A program made the position numbers and the translations under genes. The notes under the pieces were generated by a model that worked only from the letters and a program-made list of their open reading frames with translations, ran no database searches and was not told the origin of the DNA. From NCBI GenBank assembly GCA_907165135.1, contig OU015569.1, positions 9,734,001 to 9,798,000 on the forward strand: a stretch of 64,000 bases of DNA. The letters are read 5' to 3'. Below, piece by piece: positions 52,084 to 64,000 of this stretch (positions are counted from its first letter, which is position 1; the number at the start of each line of letters is the position of its first letter). The DNA comes from Oikopleura dioica (Eukaryota > Animalia > Chordata).

Positions 52084-53191
52084 TTAAATTTTCCGGGAAA
52101 TTTTCTCGATCGTATTCTCTTTTTTTCTGTGTTACTTTTGGAATCGTAGAGCGGGAAGTTCTTTATTCTTTCAGTCGAATCCGGCTTTGATGGACAAGTT
52201 ACCCTGTAAAATATTCAATTTATCCTTATTCTTTATGCATGTGATAAATACCTGAGCCAGTTTTGTGAGACCATATTATACGTCGTTTGATTGCAATCGG
52301 TTTGGATCTACAAAATGATACTCGGAATATTTTATCTTTACAATTATACTTACGGAGGACGGATATATCTTTCTTGGTTGACTGTGTCCAAAACATTAAA
52401 AGATGAGATGGAAGCCTTCGCTTCTATTTCCGTTTTGGGGGCGGAATGAACACTTTTGACAGCATATTTGAAGTCGTTAGAGATCAATTGTTGCTCATTC
52501 TTTCGATTTGGGTGATTCGGATGGAGATAGAATCTATTCTCAGGATTCCATTTTTGTTGTCGTAAATCTGGGAGTCGACTGACTCCATGAGCGTTCTCAT
52601 AATCGCACTTCTCATAACTGCGGTCTTCAACTTCATAGGCGGAAGACTCGGATCTGCTTTTCAGAAGATTCTGAGCCTCTTGAATTTCATTCTTGTCATT
52701 TTTCATCGACGAATAGCTTGCTTCTGGGTATAACGTTTCTTCTTGCGTCTCTGCCGCCTCTCTGTAATGACGGTCTGTAGATTTCGGGTGGAGAATCCAA
52801 TGGAAATTGTGGTTCATCAAGTCAATGATAATTTATACAAACTCCTTGAACATTGGTCTCTCTTTCCTGAACGATCGTAACTCGAAGAGTTATAGTAGTT
52901 TCTCCTGTTGTACGTATTCTCGGTAGAATTAATTAACGAGACGAGTGGTCTTTGGACTTCTAATGGAATTCCATAGAACCGTCCGTAGCATTCCATCATG
53001 ATATCTGAGAAGTTGCTCAGAAACTCTTTGTCAGAAATCCTGTTGTATCCAAATCTCCTGATGAGAGGCCTTAGGGGTTCACCAACAACTTCTTCATACT
53101 TTCTCTCAACTAGTGCCTCATCAGCTCCGTTTTTCTCTGTGAGCAAAAGGGCTCGCAAAGATTGACGAAGATCTTCCTCTGTTTCCGCCAT
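52084..53191 (-). CDS. LOTUS/OST-HTH domain protein with disordered C-terminus
   Basis: LRALLLTEKNGA...YEEVVGEPL...RFGY...EFLSNFSDIM...LVSLIN fits the extended LOTUS pattern of TDRD5/TDRD7. Downstream exons are polar and low-complexity; no Tudor motif seen. Confidence 0.65.
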
Positions 53192-53456
53192 AGTTTTTTA
53201 GTATGCCATTCGTGCAGACTCTGCAGTGTAGAGTCTGCCTTCTCAAAATAAGCCTCGAGAGTGATTTTCGCGTCGGATCGAGAACGAAAGAAATACTTTT
53301 TGAGTACATTTGATTAGTCAAGAAAGTCCTGCTGCCGTGCAAGCAACGCGCGACGAAAATATGAAAAAGGAACTAAGTTGAATTTTGTTCAAAGCTCATT
53401 CGTTATGCTTTAACGGTTATAGATTGATGATGATCTCTAGAACTTTGTTGTTTTGA

Positions 53457-53870
<414 letters not shown>

Positions 53871-53898
53871 ATCATCCTTTCCTGCTTTCGCAAAAACC

Positions 53899-53914
53899 GG
53901 CCCTTTTAAGGGCC
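53899..53914 (+). terminator. Histone 3' stem-loop
   Basis: GGCCCT-TTTA-AGGGCC, identical to the copy-1 hairpin. Confidence 0.92.
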
Positions 53915-55420
53915 ACAAATCACAACATCCGAAAAAAATTGCACACTAAGTCTCTCAGGGAACAACATAAATTCTCCTGGAAAGGCTTGTGATATTGACG
54001 ATATAGCCTGAGTCAGACTCAGACCATCCGCGATGAATGATCCTCGTTGTCATCGAAAAAATGCTCGATCGCTGTCTTTCAAATATCGGGAACTGCTTTT
54101 CGTCAATAACTTCGCATTAGTAGTCTGTGTGGTTGCTGTTTCGCGAAATTCAGCTGAGGCCTTTGTTTCACATCCTTCTGAGTCAGACGTGGTTGGGCAT
54201 CGCTGCGTTCGAATTCAAATGCTTTTACTACGTTTTTTTTGAAAGGTGTTTACCAAAGGCTCGACCCGCTTTAAATGATGTAAATTGACCTTATCCGCTA
54301 TTCAGAGTAATTCCTACTGCACAGGTATACCTTGTGATAGTTGCCCCTTTAGTATTAGAAATAAAATCCTCTTCAAATAAAAAAGCGTAACTTGTCGCGG
54401 CCCAGACAAAAGAGGCATTTGCGAGTGAAAACTAAACTAAGATTAGCTCGAGTTCAAGTTGCTAGAAGGCCCATTTCGCACATTTTACAACCGTGATCTG
54501 GCCCGGGGCCAGTGCCTGCTGAGCAAAGTCTCAGAAATGAGTCACGAGACGAGTAGTATTCTTTTGGACGTTCACACGTGTTTTTGAACCCCTTCGCGTT
54601 CAACTTGTCCGATTTTAATGTCTTTATAATAACTGCCCCATTCTAGAGATCGGTGAAGAAAAGAAAACGTTCCATCAGCTGATTTTCAGGTATATTTATG
54701 AACTGAAAGTAAAAATAAGTTTTTGCGAATCGAGATCAGTCTATCCCTAGAAGGCCCTTCTCAAATAAATAGTTTGTTTTATGAGTTATATATAATATAC
54801 GAGAATGGTATTTTTCATAAAAAATATCAATCATAGATTTTGTATCCAGTGAAGTCGGATGCGCTAAGCAGGGAAGATTTTGTGCACACCGAAAAGAGTG
54901 TATTTACGAATGTTGGAGAATTATTCATAGATGGGGCCATAACATTGACAGAGGCAACTAAGACTGAGCGATTTCTAATCACTGACAGTGTAAAAATTTA
55001 CGAGTTAACGGAAAAAGAAAGGCACGAGTGTAATGTTCGATTCAGACATGGGAAACAACCGGTGGAAGTAGTAACAAGCCTTATCGTGGAAGTCACAACG
55101 ATCAGAGAAGACAGGGCTCCGGGCAAGAACTGATCAAGTTAAAGACGTTTCAGGTGAGATGAACTCATCAAATATAGCTCAGATGAGAACAGAAATGAAA
55201 AACAGCTAGCCCTTCTGTTTGTTCTGAAAGTTTAAAAAAGGTACGCCCGGTAAAAGCAAAATTCTAATTCTGCACAATTTTCATGTCTCGCTTCTCTTTT
55301 TGAAGAAAAGTTTCGAGAACGACTGTTTTTTTTAGCTTCAGTCACTTTTCTTTTTTCAAAAATATAACTCAAATACAGAGAATGACAGTAAACACTTTCA
55401 ACGAAATCGAAATCTTTGAT

Positions 55421-55457
55421 GGGTAGGTTTTGTTAGGGTTTAGGTTAGGGTTAGGGT
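55421..55457 (+). repeat. Short interstitial telomere-like (TTAGGG) tract
   Basis: gggtaggttttgTTAGGGtttaggTTAGGGTTAGGGt: three perfect and one degenerate unit. Confidence 0.65.
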
Positions 55458-55790
55458 GAAAATGGTTTAATTGAGCTAATGGTTCTAGGAATGTTAATGA
55501 AGTTCATTCACGAAAAATGTGGCATTGGCTCTAAATGACTCATTTTTATCATTTTACTCTGAGTAATTAGATTTTTTATATTATTTTAAGATAAAGCCAT
55601 AAAGTGAATTTCCAAGCTTTTTGTTCAGAATTTTGCACCAAAAGACGTCGGAAACGTTAACATTTGAGGGGAGAAGTTAACTCTCCCTCGTGAATTTATA
55701 GAGCATGAGAGACGTCCCTTCTTACTGTAGTGTGACGCGTCTCATGGCGAAGTAAACTGAATATTTCATTTCAGAGTGGCTGATTCCAGT

Positions 55791-56897
55791 ATGGAGAGAG
55801 ACGAGAATCTGGAATATACCCTTCTGGAAGGCCAGCGTAGCAACAACTTCAGTCACAGTCTCCGCAGCTTCCAGACGAGAAAAGTGAGTTGCCATCAAGT
55901 TTGATAAGGAGTAGTGTTCCTCTACCCAAGACTAATCGGTCGCATATTTGTAGACGTTCAGATTAAGGAATTACTCACAAAACAGATTAATAGCAATAAG
56001 TAAGAGAAATGAGAGATTCTGAATTGAACGAAAAAAATGTAAATTTCCCTCCCTCGTAAACTTAAAGAGAATGTTTAGGGATGGAAGCAAAAACTGGGCT
56101 ACTGCGTTTTCTCAATTCTAGTGCTTATTTGTATGCTTACTGTTACATCTGTGATCTTGCATAAAACAGGACAACCAAAGACCGCGGAGGCGAGTGTGAA
56201 GAAATTTCTTCCTGACATAGAAATCGACGTCTCTACCTCAACCAACAGTTCCTCAAAATTCAACACGACTAGTATTTACAATAATGAGACCACAGTATCT
56301 ACCACTACAACGACGACGGTCTGGCGTGTGCCAGAAGGCACCGATGTGGAGACGATACTCAACAACAAATGGGTACTTTGACACATTCGCTTCCAGAAGA
56401 GTGATATTTTCTTTCAGCGACAATACGATGGAATTAATATCGCAGAGTATCTCAAAGTAGAAGGTGGCGATCCCTTCTATCGAAGTATGGCAGAAAGAAG
56501 CGAACCGTTACTTAGCTTCCAGCGCAAGGGACCTGGCGAATACACTCAATCTTTCAAAGTTTTCTTTGTGACCAAAAAGTACCCGCTCGATTTCAACAAA
56601 GAATACGCTCACGAAGATGGAATCGGTACAAAGTGTTTATCTACTGCTGAAATTGTTGGTGGTAAGAATGGGTAGAATACTTCGTCCTCCAAAAACGAAT
56701 TAAGATACGATCTCCATCCGAACTCTGGGTGGTAAGAAAGGACCAGTCGTCACTACTTATAGTTTGAAAGATCACAATGATTTATGGATCGTCCAGGATA
56801 TGATTGAAGAGGTTTGACTTCAGATTTAAATAAATTGTAAAATTTCTCGCTTCAGAAAATTACGAATTCGAGAATCTATAAACGGGAGAACTCATGA
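55791..56897 (+). CDS. Type II membrane protein with Ser/Thr stalk and C-terminal fatty-acid-binding (FABP) domain, 259 aa
   Basis: Five exons with GT-AG introns (55884-56078, 56373-56417, 56662-56704, 56812-56855), 780-nt CDS. TM helix LGYCVFSILVLICMLTVTSVIL. FABP-like W...NIAEYLKVEGGDPFYRSMA...P, EDGIGTKCLST and SRIYKRE. Confidence 0.72.
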
Positions 56898-58027
56898 AAA
56901 AATGCAACGTCGATTCGATGCGTATTCTTTGCACCAGCGTCAACTGCCTTAGACAAAAAAAAACGTCAAAAAATCAAAACAAAAAATCAATTTTCATTTA
57001 TCACCTCAAATGCCTGTTTATGTTTTCTTTATCATCGCTATATAATATTCGCAGAAGTTCTACAAAACCGTGATGTACTGACTTATGCTCTTGTACCCTT
57101 CTCAAGCTCACTGAATAAAAGTTCACTTAATAAAACGATAAACATAACGTTCTCTTTCTTATTGTGGAAGAGTGCCGTTTCAGTGGGAGTTATTCGGGCC
57201 GCGCTTAATATAAATTTATATAAGGTCGAATAGCAAGAAGGGAAAGCCTTTGGCTCCGGTGAGAATATATCGACACTTTGATTAGCTTTAAACAATGAAT
57301 CCAAATTGCAAGCACGAAGTTACTTTCATTATTGAGTGCCTTATGCTGCCAACTCTTCCAATAAAATTAACGTCAACTGGCGAGCTCGATGTGTGCATAA
57401 TACTTACCCTCCAATGCGTCTCTCTTCGAAAATAGGCCTTAACATTTTCAGTCAGAGTACTTGTGTCTACTTTTGTCTACAAACCATCGAGCGCTCTCCT
57501 TTGATATTCCTCCAGATTAGAATTGACAATAATAGGAATAACGGCATTTGTAATCTCTTGCTAATAGACAGGATAATCCACATCTACCTGGCATGGCGAT
57601 CTTTTGCTACGATTTTCAAATGAGAGGCTGTTTGTGAAGCATTCATGATGAAAAACAATTTATAGAGGTTTATCCTGGTAAAGACTGGGGGTTACTTTCT
57701 GTCTAGTATTTGGGCGCTAATTATCGTATCGAAAAAAGATTAAAGGACGAAGAGTCCAACCGTTCTGGGATGAGAATAATCGCTTTAATTAGAAAGTTGG
57801 AATTAATTTACGCCTTATGGCGAATATTTCGACGCGGAATTGCCACGAATTTAGAAATGTGCCCTCGTGTGGCGCCCGAGCTGCGCGCTCGCTCCTGGGG
57901 CAGTGATATCGCAGTCTTTAGGTGAAAGAATTTTCTGTTTGCCGAAAACGTTGCGGAAAAGGTTTTCTTCTATTTTTTATTGTCGGTATTTTGGATTTCT
58001 TCTGTGAGTAAGAGTAGCTGGAGCAAA

Positions 58028-60403
58028 ATGGGAAAGCAGAATTCGAAGGTATTCGATGGGTTGTTGTTAATATTGTAGAACTGGCTTACTTCAAGAGCTT
58101 GCGTCAATAATTAACATTTTGTTTATTCTAGCTTAAACCTTCCGACCTTCAAGAGCTCGTCAGCCAAACACAATTTACCGAGAAAGAACTACAGGACTGG
58201 TATTCAGGTACTCGCTCCTCTCCATTTCAATTTCGAATTCAGTTTTTTCAGGATTTCTAAAAGACTGCCCCAAAGGAACTTTGACAGTTGACGAGTTCAA
58301 GAAGATTTATGGTAATTTTTTCCCTTACGGAGATGCTGGCAAGTTTGCCGAGCATGTTTTCAGGTGAGCGCGCAGTGTGTTACTGGAATTAGCGGATAAA
58401 CCCGTCACAATATGATAATTGAACTACTTAGGACATTCGACGCGAATGGCGACAAATCAATAGACTTCAAAGAATTTATTATTGCGCTTTCTGTGACGTC
58501 CAGGGGAAATTTGGACGACAAACTCAAGGTGCTTAGAAATTGAATTCACGTTCGCCAATCAGTTCAGTGGGCATTCCACATGTACGACCAGGACGGGGAC
58601 GAGATGATCTCTTACGATGAAATGCTCGAGATCGTCCAGGCAATCTACAAGATGGTCGGCACAGTGATGGTAATTGTTTAACTTTGATTGTCACTTTCGG
58701 GTGGCGCTTGTCAAGTTCGTTCTTCATTTGCGTCCGCCGCGCCGATGATCCGAAAAGGCACAATGCACTCTTGGGAGATATTTCTTTTCATTCTACTACC
58801 GCAGCCTTTTAAAAATTAAATCTAAACTTTCCCCCACCGAAGAACCACTTGCACTAACACTTACTGTCTCTCTTTCAGAAAATGCCGGACGACGAGGCCA
58901 CTCCGGAAAAACGCACCGAGAAGATCTTCAACCAAATGGACAAAGACAGAAACGGCGTCATCACAATGGACGAATTCATTGTCGGTGCTAAGGAGCGGAG
59001 CTTTCCATCATTTAGCTTTGTAAAGACGAGGACGAAGTAAAAATCAACTCGACATAAGTTAAAGACGAAAATATATAAGGGATGCGTATCTGAAATTAAT
59101 CGTCGCCTCGAGAGACGAATATAAGGGGCGATTTAAGCTGACGGGTCGGATCATCCAAGCCGGATCAAGACGGGACGTCCGTTCCAAAGTAAGCCGCTAT
59201 AAAACGCACTCAGCTGTCTTCTTTGCGTATTTAGGCCTGACCCTATCATTTATGATAAATCGATGATTATGCATGATCCCTAGGCTTACCGGACTAAATT
59301 TCGACCAATATTTCTAGCTTAGTTGGGTAGTCATATGACACAGTTTTAGAAAGCCTAGCTTCTGGGCTTTCATTTGGGCACAAATTCAAGGGGTCTGGGT
59401 CATGCCCGCAAGGCAATTCATGGGACCTGAAGTCCCAAAATAGGTACCAAAATCCTTCAAACTATTTTTTCGATGGCCGTCCGGGCTCGAGAGTAGTCAA
59501 GAGTCACATATTTAGAAAGCTCAGGCTCTGAGCTTTCAGTAGAGCTCAAGAAATCTTAGTGCCAAGTGGTTTGTGTCCACCTGGAGGCGCTAGAAGTTGG
59601 CGGTAAAAATCCGGAAATGTCGGAAAACTCGGTTTTTGAGTTCTAAACTCTACAATTATATGTATAAAACATTTATAAACAATAATTCGTGCATTAAAAA
59701 GTTTAACCGCGGTCGAACCGGGTGGTTCAACTCTAGAAACCTTCAAAAACATGGAATTATGGCCCACGATGAACCACCCGGTTGACCACCCGGTTTGACC
59801 TCGGTTCAACTTTTTAATGCGTTAATTATTGTTTATATATGTTCTATACATATAATTGTAGAGTTTAGAACTCAAAAACCGAGTTTTCCGGCATTTCCGG
59901 ATTTTTACCGCCAACTTCTAGCACCTCCAGGTGGACACATACCACTTGGCACTAAGATTTCTTGAGCTCTACTGAAAGCTCAGAGCCTGAGCTTTCTTAA
60001 TATATGACTCTTGACTACTCTCGAGCCCGGACGGCCATCGAAAAAATAGTTTGAAGGATTTTGGTACCTATTTTGGGACTTCAGGTCCCATGAATTGCCT
60101 TGCGGGCATGACCCAGACCCCTTGAATTTGTGCCCAAATGAAAGCCCAGAAGCTAGGCTTTCTAAAACTGTGTCATATGACTACCCAACTAAGCTAGAAA
60201 TATGGGTCGAAATTTAGTCCGGTAAGCCTAATGATCCCTTAATGACAACAATCAAAAAATAAGTTAGAGAGTCCTCACATGACCTCAACAAGCGAGTTAT
60301 TTAATTTGATTAGTTGACCTCGATTGACCTTCGATCGAAAGCTTCGCAACAGTCGGACCCCTCGATCGTTCGCCTGCTGCAATGCGATGGAAGCAAAAAC
60401 TAA
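58028..60403 (+). CDS. NCALD: Neuronal calcium sensor, neurocalcin-delta/hippocalcin type
   Basis: MGKQNSK myristoylation start, [21 protein letters not shown] hands, and last exon [12 protein letters not shown] joined through a GA-AG intron 58993-60352. Confidence 0.92.
59281..60230. mobile_element. 950-bp foldback (long-TIR) non-autonomous hAT-like element
   Basis: Arms about 59281-59731 and 59781-60230 are inverted copies (about 15 differences by my count). Termini TAGGC/GCCTA; 8-bp TSD ATGATCCC at 59273-80 and 60231-38. Confidence 0.95.
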
Positions 60404-60884
60404 TTTCTTTGGGAAAGGCGTCAATCTTAGGCTCTACTTAAATTATGGCCTTTAATTACGAACCTTTTGATTTGTCAGTCCCGAACAGTCCTACAGCAAA
60501 ACTTCGACAATTAGGATGTGGACCCTTGGACCCTTGTAGAAAGTATTCTACTTCATTATTCAGACTTTGATTCCTTTTTGAATAAAACTTGTATGTGGCT
60601 TAGCTGGGCACTAATCGTCCTTCACTCTCGACCGATTAACGCAACCTATATTAATATTCACAATCATATGATTTTTATATTTTGGCTTTTCTCACGCAGT
60701 CAGGAAGCATCAGGGATGGCGCAGGTTGTAATTCGTAAAAATTTTTTGCTTGTAGCGAATGGCGGCAGTAATTTCTTCGTTGTCTTCTGAATATTTCAAT
60801 GACTATAGTCCTTAGCAAAAATAATTTCTACGAGTTTCATACTATAAACAAAAACTCTAAATAATGCAAAATAATTAAATTGAA

Positions 60885-63800
60885 TTAAGAATTAGACTTG
60901 CCAATTTTACAATTGTGTCCCTTAGGTGTGCCATTTTTGGCGCAGACCCTGTAGATCACATCAGATGACGGCTGAGGAAGTGCACACTGTTCCTCCTTGC
61001 AGATGAATACGTTGTGACACATGAGATTAGTCAGTTCAATTTCTTCCTTTGAGATTATGCATCGCTCAGTTGTATTTTTCAGGTAATTGTAAGTTCGTCT
61101 GTCCAGCTCGATCTCATCCATTTGAAAGTGTTCGTTTACGCTCTTGCGTCTTCGCTTTGAGCGACGGTTTGCTGACTCTCCATGCAATGTCTTAAGAACC
61201 TAGTCTTACCAGAGATCTTATCATAATGTAATCGTATAAACGATTGATAGGAAAATGTATATCTTGCGAATCAGTCGATACAATACTTGATAAGTAAAAA
61301 TAACATACCTGCGAGTTTATGACGCTAATAATGGATTCGAAGGCTTCTTTGGCTTCTACCCACTGATCCTGCAATAGACATTTTAGATCTGCGCCAGTGA
61401 GGTCGTCTCTACAATCCAGATAAGTCGCACTGTCACTTTTACAAGCAGAATGAGTCTCATAAAATAACAGTTGTCAATGCTTAGGAAATATAACCGAATA
61501 GTGGGTGTACTATGTGGATGGAAAACCAACGAAAAATACACTTACCGCTGATCACAAAGAGCTTTGACAATGCAGGGAAGGCGGCCTAAATGGCTCAAAG
61601 TGCGCGGGTACCGTGAACTGCACATTTGAGAATTCACGTCCTCGAAAAACTGTTATGAAATCAAAGCTTGTTCCTTACCTCAAAGTGGCCAACTCGCTTT
61701 TCCCAGTAGTGAACGATTTGTTCTACATACCGCGAAAAATAGTCAGCCGACTGCTTGAAAACATTGAAAACTGATTGCGTCAAATCAAAAAGTAAGTTCA
61801 TGTCGTACTGATTTGCCAATTTTTTTGAAAGCTTTTCGTGGCTTGTAAGAAGGACGCCAGTCTATTTCGATGCAATTTGCTTTAAATATTGGTGGATACA
61901 AGCCCTTTTCTTATCTTGCTCTTTAAAAAGTCGATCGTTATCTTCGTAAGTTTTCTTCATCAGAGCTCTAGCTTTTCGGAATAGAAAGAATGCTCTTTTT
62001 AGCATATTCTTGTACTTGGCTGCTTTTGGCACGTAAATCTGTGTAAGGTTCGCATACACATGGCCATTGTTAACGTATTCCGGAAACTCTTCACGAATGC
62101 CTTCGACATCTGACGGAACGAATTCGTCCACCGTCGAAAGAGTAAGGATCTGTCGGAAGAGCTCAGATGTCTTCATTACTTCACTTTGCTCTGGAATCAT
62201 TCTTATGTGCAGAGAAGCTCTTCCCAACGAATGCTGCTTTTCCTTTCCGATTTTCGCCAGCATATCCTCCAGAGAGGCGTAATCAGACGGAATCTTCCTG
62301 TTGAAGTTGTATCTTATCATTCCGAGGTCTTTGATAAGTTTTGCAAGTTTCTCGACTTGCTCGTCCTCTTCCTCGCGGTATTGCTCTTCAATCACATGTG
62401 GCCCGCAATCTTGAAGAGGGATACGAACAAAGTCCGGATTGACGTGATGGGTACACCGCGGCCCATGTCGGGGTACCCAGTACTCGCCAAGTACATCCTT
62501 AGATTTTGCTTGGAAACATCTCCTTTTGATTGGACGCTCATCCGTTTTTGCATTTTAATAACGTCAATTTGAGATATCTTTCGCAATTCAGCCAAATCAG
62601 CTGCCTGTTTCGCCATTAAAACTCTCTCCGCAAGTTTTGCTTTCTCAAGCCAGACCGGCTTCGATGGGAACATATCTTTTGCTGTGAACGTATTGTGTCT
62701 GATTTTTGATTATGAATATTTGTCCAATAAATTTTCTACATTTAAAATCACATTTAGAGTGAAAGAACACTGGCATTGTAATACATAATAACCATTTACT
62801 TCTAGCATTTGCCATTTCATTGGTTGCAAGCTTCATCAGGTGCACATTGTTGTTGTACTTTTCCATAGTTGATCGAATAGTAAACAGAATGCCTTGAATA
62901 AACGCATCCCCACGAATATCCTCCACTCCGAAACTTAAGACAAGCTGATTGAGCTCATTCTTCGCGTTCATAAGTTTGTGCTTGTAGAATTTGTGAGTGT
63001 CGTAGTACCAAGAACTGAGCTCATCGAAGTCCGCGTTGTTGTAAGAAATGTTTTGGCTTATTTCGTCCATCAGATCTAATCCTTCCAGCTCTTCATAAGG
63101 TAGTTCCTTTGCCGCCCTCTCTGCGTAATTGTCAAGCGCTTCCTTTAAAAATGACTCAGTTTTATAAACAAAAATCATAAGTACCTGAATGTGAGTGAAC
63201 TTATTAGCAAGTCTGAGGCTACTCTCGAAGCTGTCATGGGCAACATGACTTAGAGTTTTAAAGAAATGCACGATATGATGATAGCGATGCTCTAGAAGAA
63301 ATTTAGAAAGAGATTTATTAAAAAATCTACCTTGGCAAGTCTGCCGGGCAGTCCATGGTGCATCTTCGGCAAATTGAATAAAATTTTGCAATTCATCAAG
63401 AATATCGTCTTTTGCCCGTTTGAGGAACATTTCGAAGTCCTTGAGAGAAGTAAACACGTCGCTGTAATCGCGTGGAACATACATATAAGAATGACGAAGA
63501 GCATCCAAAACTTTTAAATAATTTTGTCCCTTTTCGAAGAGTGCAGAGCCGAGGGAAAAATCCTCCACAGCCTTGACCAGACGTTTGATTTCCGAGCTTC
63601 CAGTCGAGAAAGAGGGTTAAACATCTGTTGAGTTTCTAAATAAATACTTTTTGCTGATCAACCCTCGCCGATAAGGGTCCAAAAGAAGCATCTCTCATCT
63701 CTTGAACGCTATCTACATAAAGCTGCATTAATTCATCCAGCGTTTCATTTGACATCTGCGGTCTTCGTTGATTCCATTGTCTGCTCTCTCTTTCCAAAAA

Positions 63801-63935
63801 CGGCTCGAAGTTTTCCAAGTCCGGAAACTGATCCTTCAGCTGGTCGATCTCTCTCTGCATGTAAAACTCTGGAGAGTCATCTCCTGGCTGAGCCGCGGAG
63901 CAGAGCAAAATTGTCGAAAAACGGAAAATTCTCAT
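60885..63935 (-). CDS. Large lineage-specific secreted helical protein with Cys-rich C-terminus (possibly more than one gene)
   Basis: Signal-peptide-like MRIFRFSTILLCSAA at 63935, then successive long open frames (62645-63568, 61862-62395, 60885-61187). Some joins need GC-type introns (e.g. 61862-61903). No family recognised. Confidence 0.45.
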
Positions 63936-64000
63936 CCGGGTATTAGGCGCTCGCTCTGTCACTCTACTGTGGGCACTCTGACAAGTAATTAAGTTTGTTT

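Noticed and set aside
54462-54757. Repeated 11-mer CTAGAAGGCCC
   Set aside because: Two copies 285 bp apart without flanking homology; too weak to call an LTR or TSD.
54840-55133. 97-aa ORF starting at TTG
   Set aside because: No ATG, no recognisable domain and no clear splice connection to neighbours.
59546-59809. ORFs within the foldback as a transposase
   Set aside because: Short, with no DDE/hAT dimerisation motifs; they straddle the palindrome centre.
61862-61864. In-frame TAG between two open segments (stop readthrough or recoding)
   Set aside because: A 42-nt GC-AG intron (61862-61903) removes it in frame, which is the simpler explanation.

Overview
Compact eukaryotic genomic DNA with very short introns (mostly 40-50 nt), several GC-AG and GA-AG introns, and same-strand gene chains whose start codons sit just after an AG acceptor. 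These traits point to a larvacean tunicate (Oikopleura-like) with operons and SL trans-splicing; this is an inference, not a database match. About 25 protein-coding genes are present: two copies of a divergent histone H4, a RING protein, FoxC, Mn-SOD, an AcuI/YhdH-type reductase, ABCB7, INTS2, IGBP1, UQCC1, rhotekin, cactin, ARL6IP1-like, SNRNP200/Brr2, REXO1, dynamin, BTAF1, POU4, a LOTUS protein, a FABP-domain protein, neurocalcin/hippocalcin and a few unknowns. No rRNA, tRNA or CRISPR array was recognised. The strongest signal is transposon-driven intron creation. A 211-bp hAT-like MITE in a BTAF1 exon (20-bp perfect TIR, 8-bp TSD) forms a frame-preserving GT-AG intron from its ends plus the TSD. 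A TA-flanked MITE interrupts REXO1 coding sequence and supplies a usable in-frame donor. A 950-bp hAT-like foldback lies in a GA-AG intron of the neurocalcin gene. Also notable: a bacterial-type acrylyl-CoA reductase with introns directly upstream of a Mn-SOD carrying a crustacean cytosolic-type N-terminal extension, and a membrane-anchored FABP. All gene models were assembled by eye and need RNA-seq confirmation.
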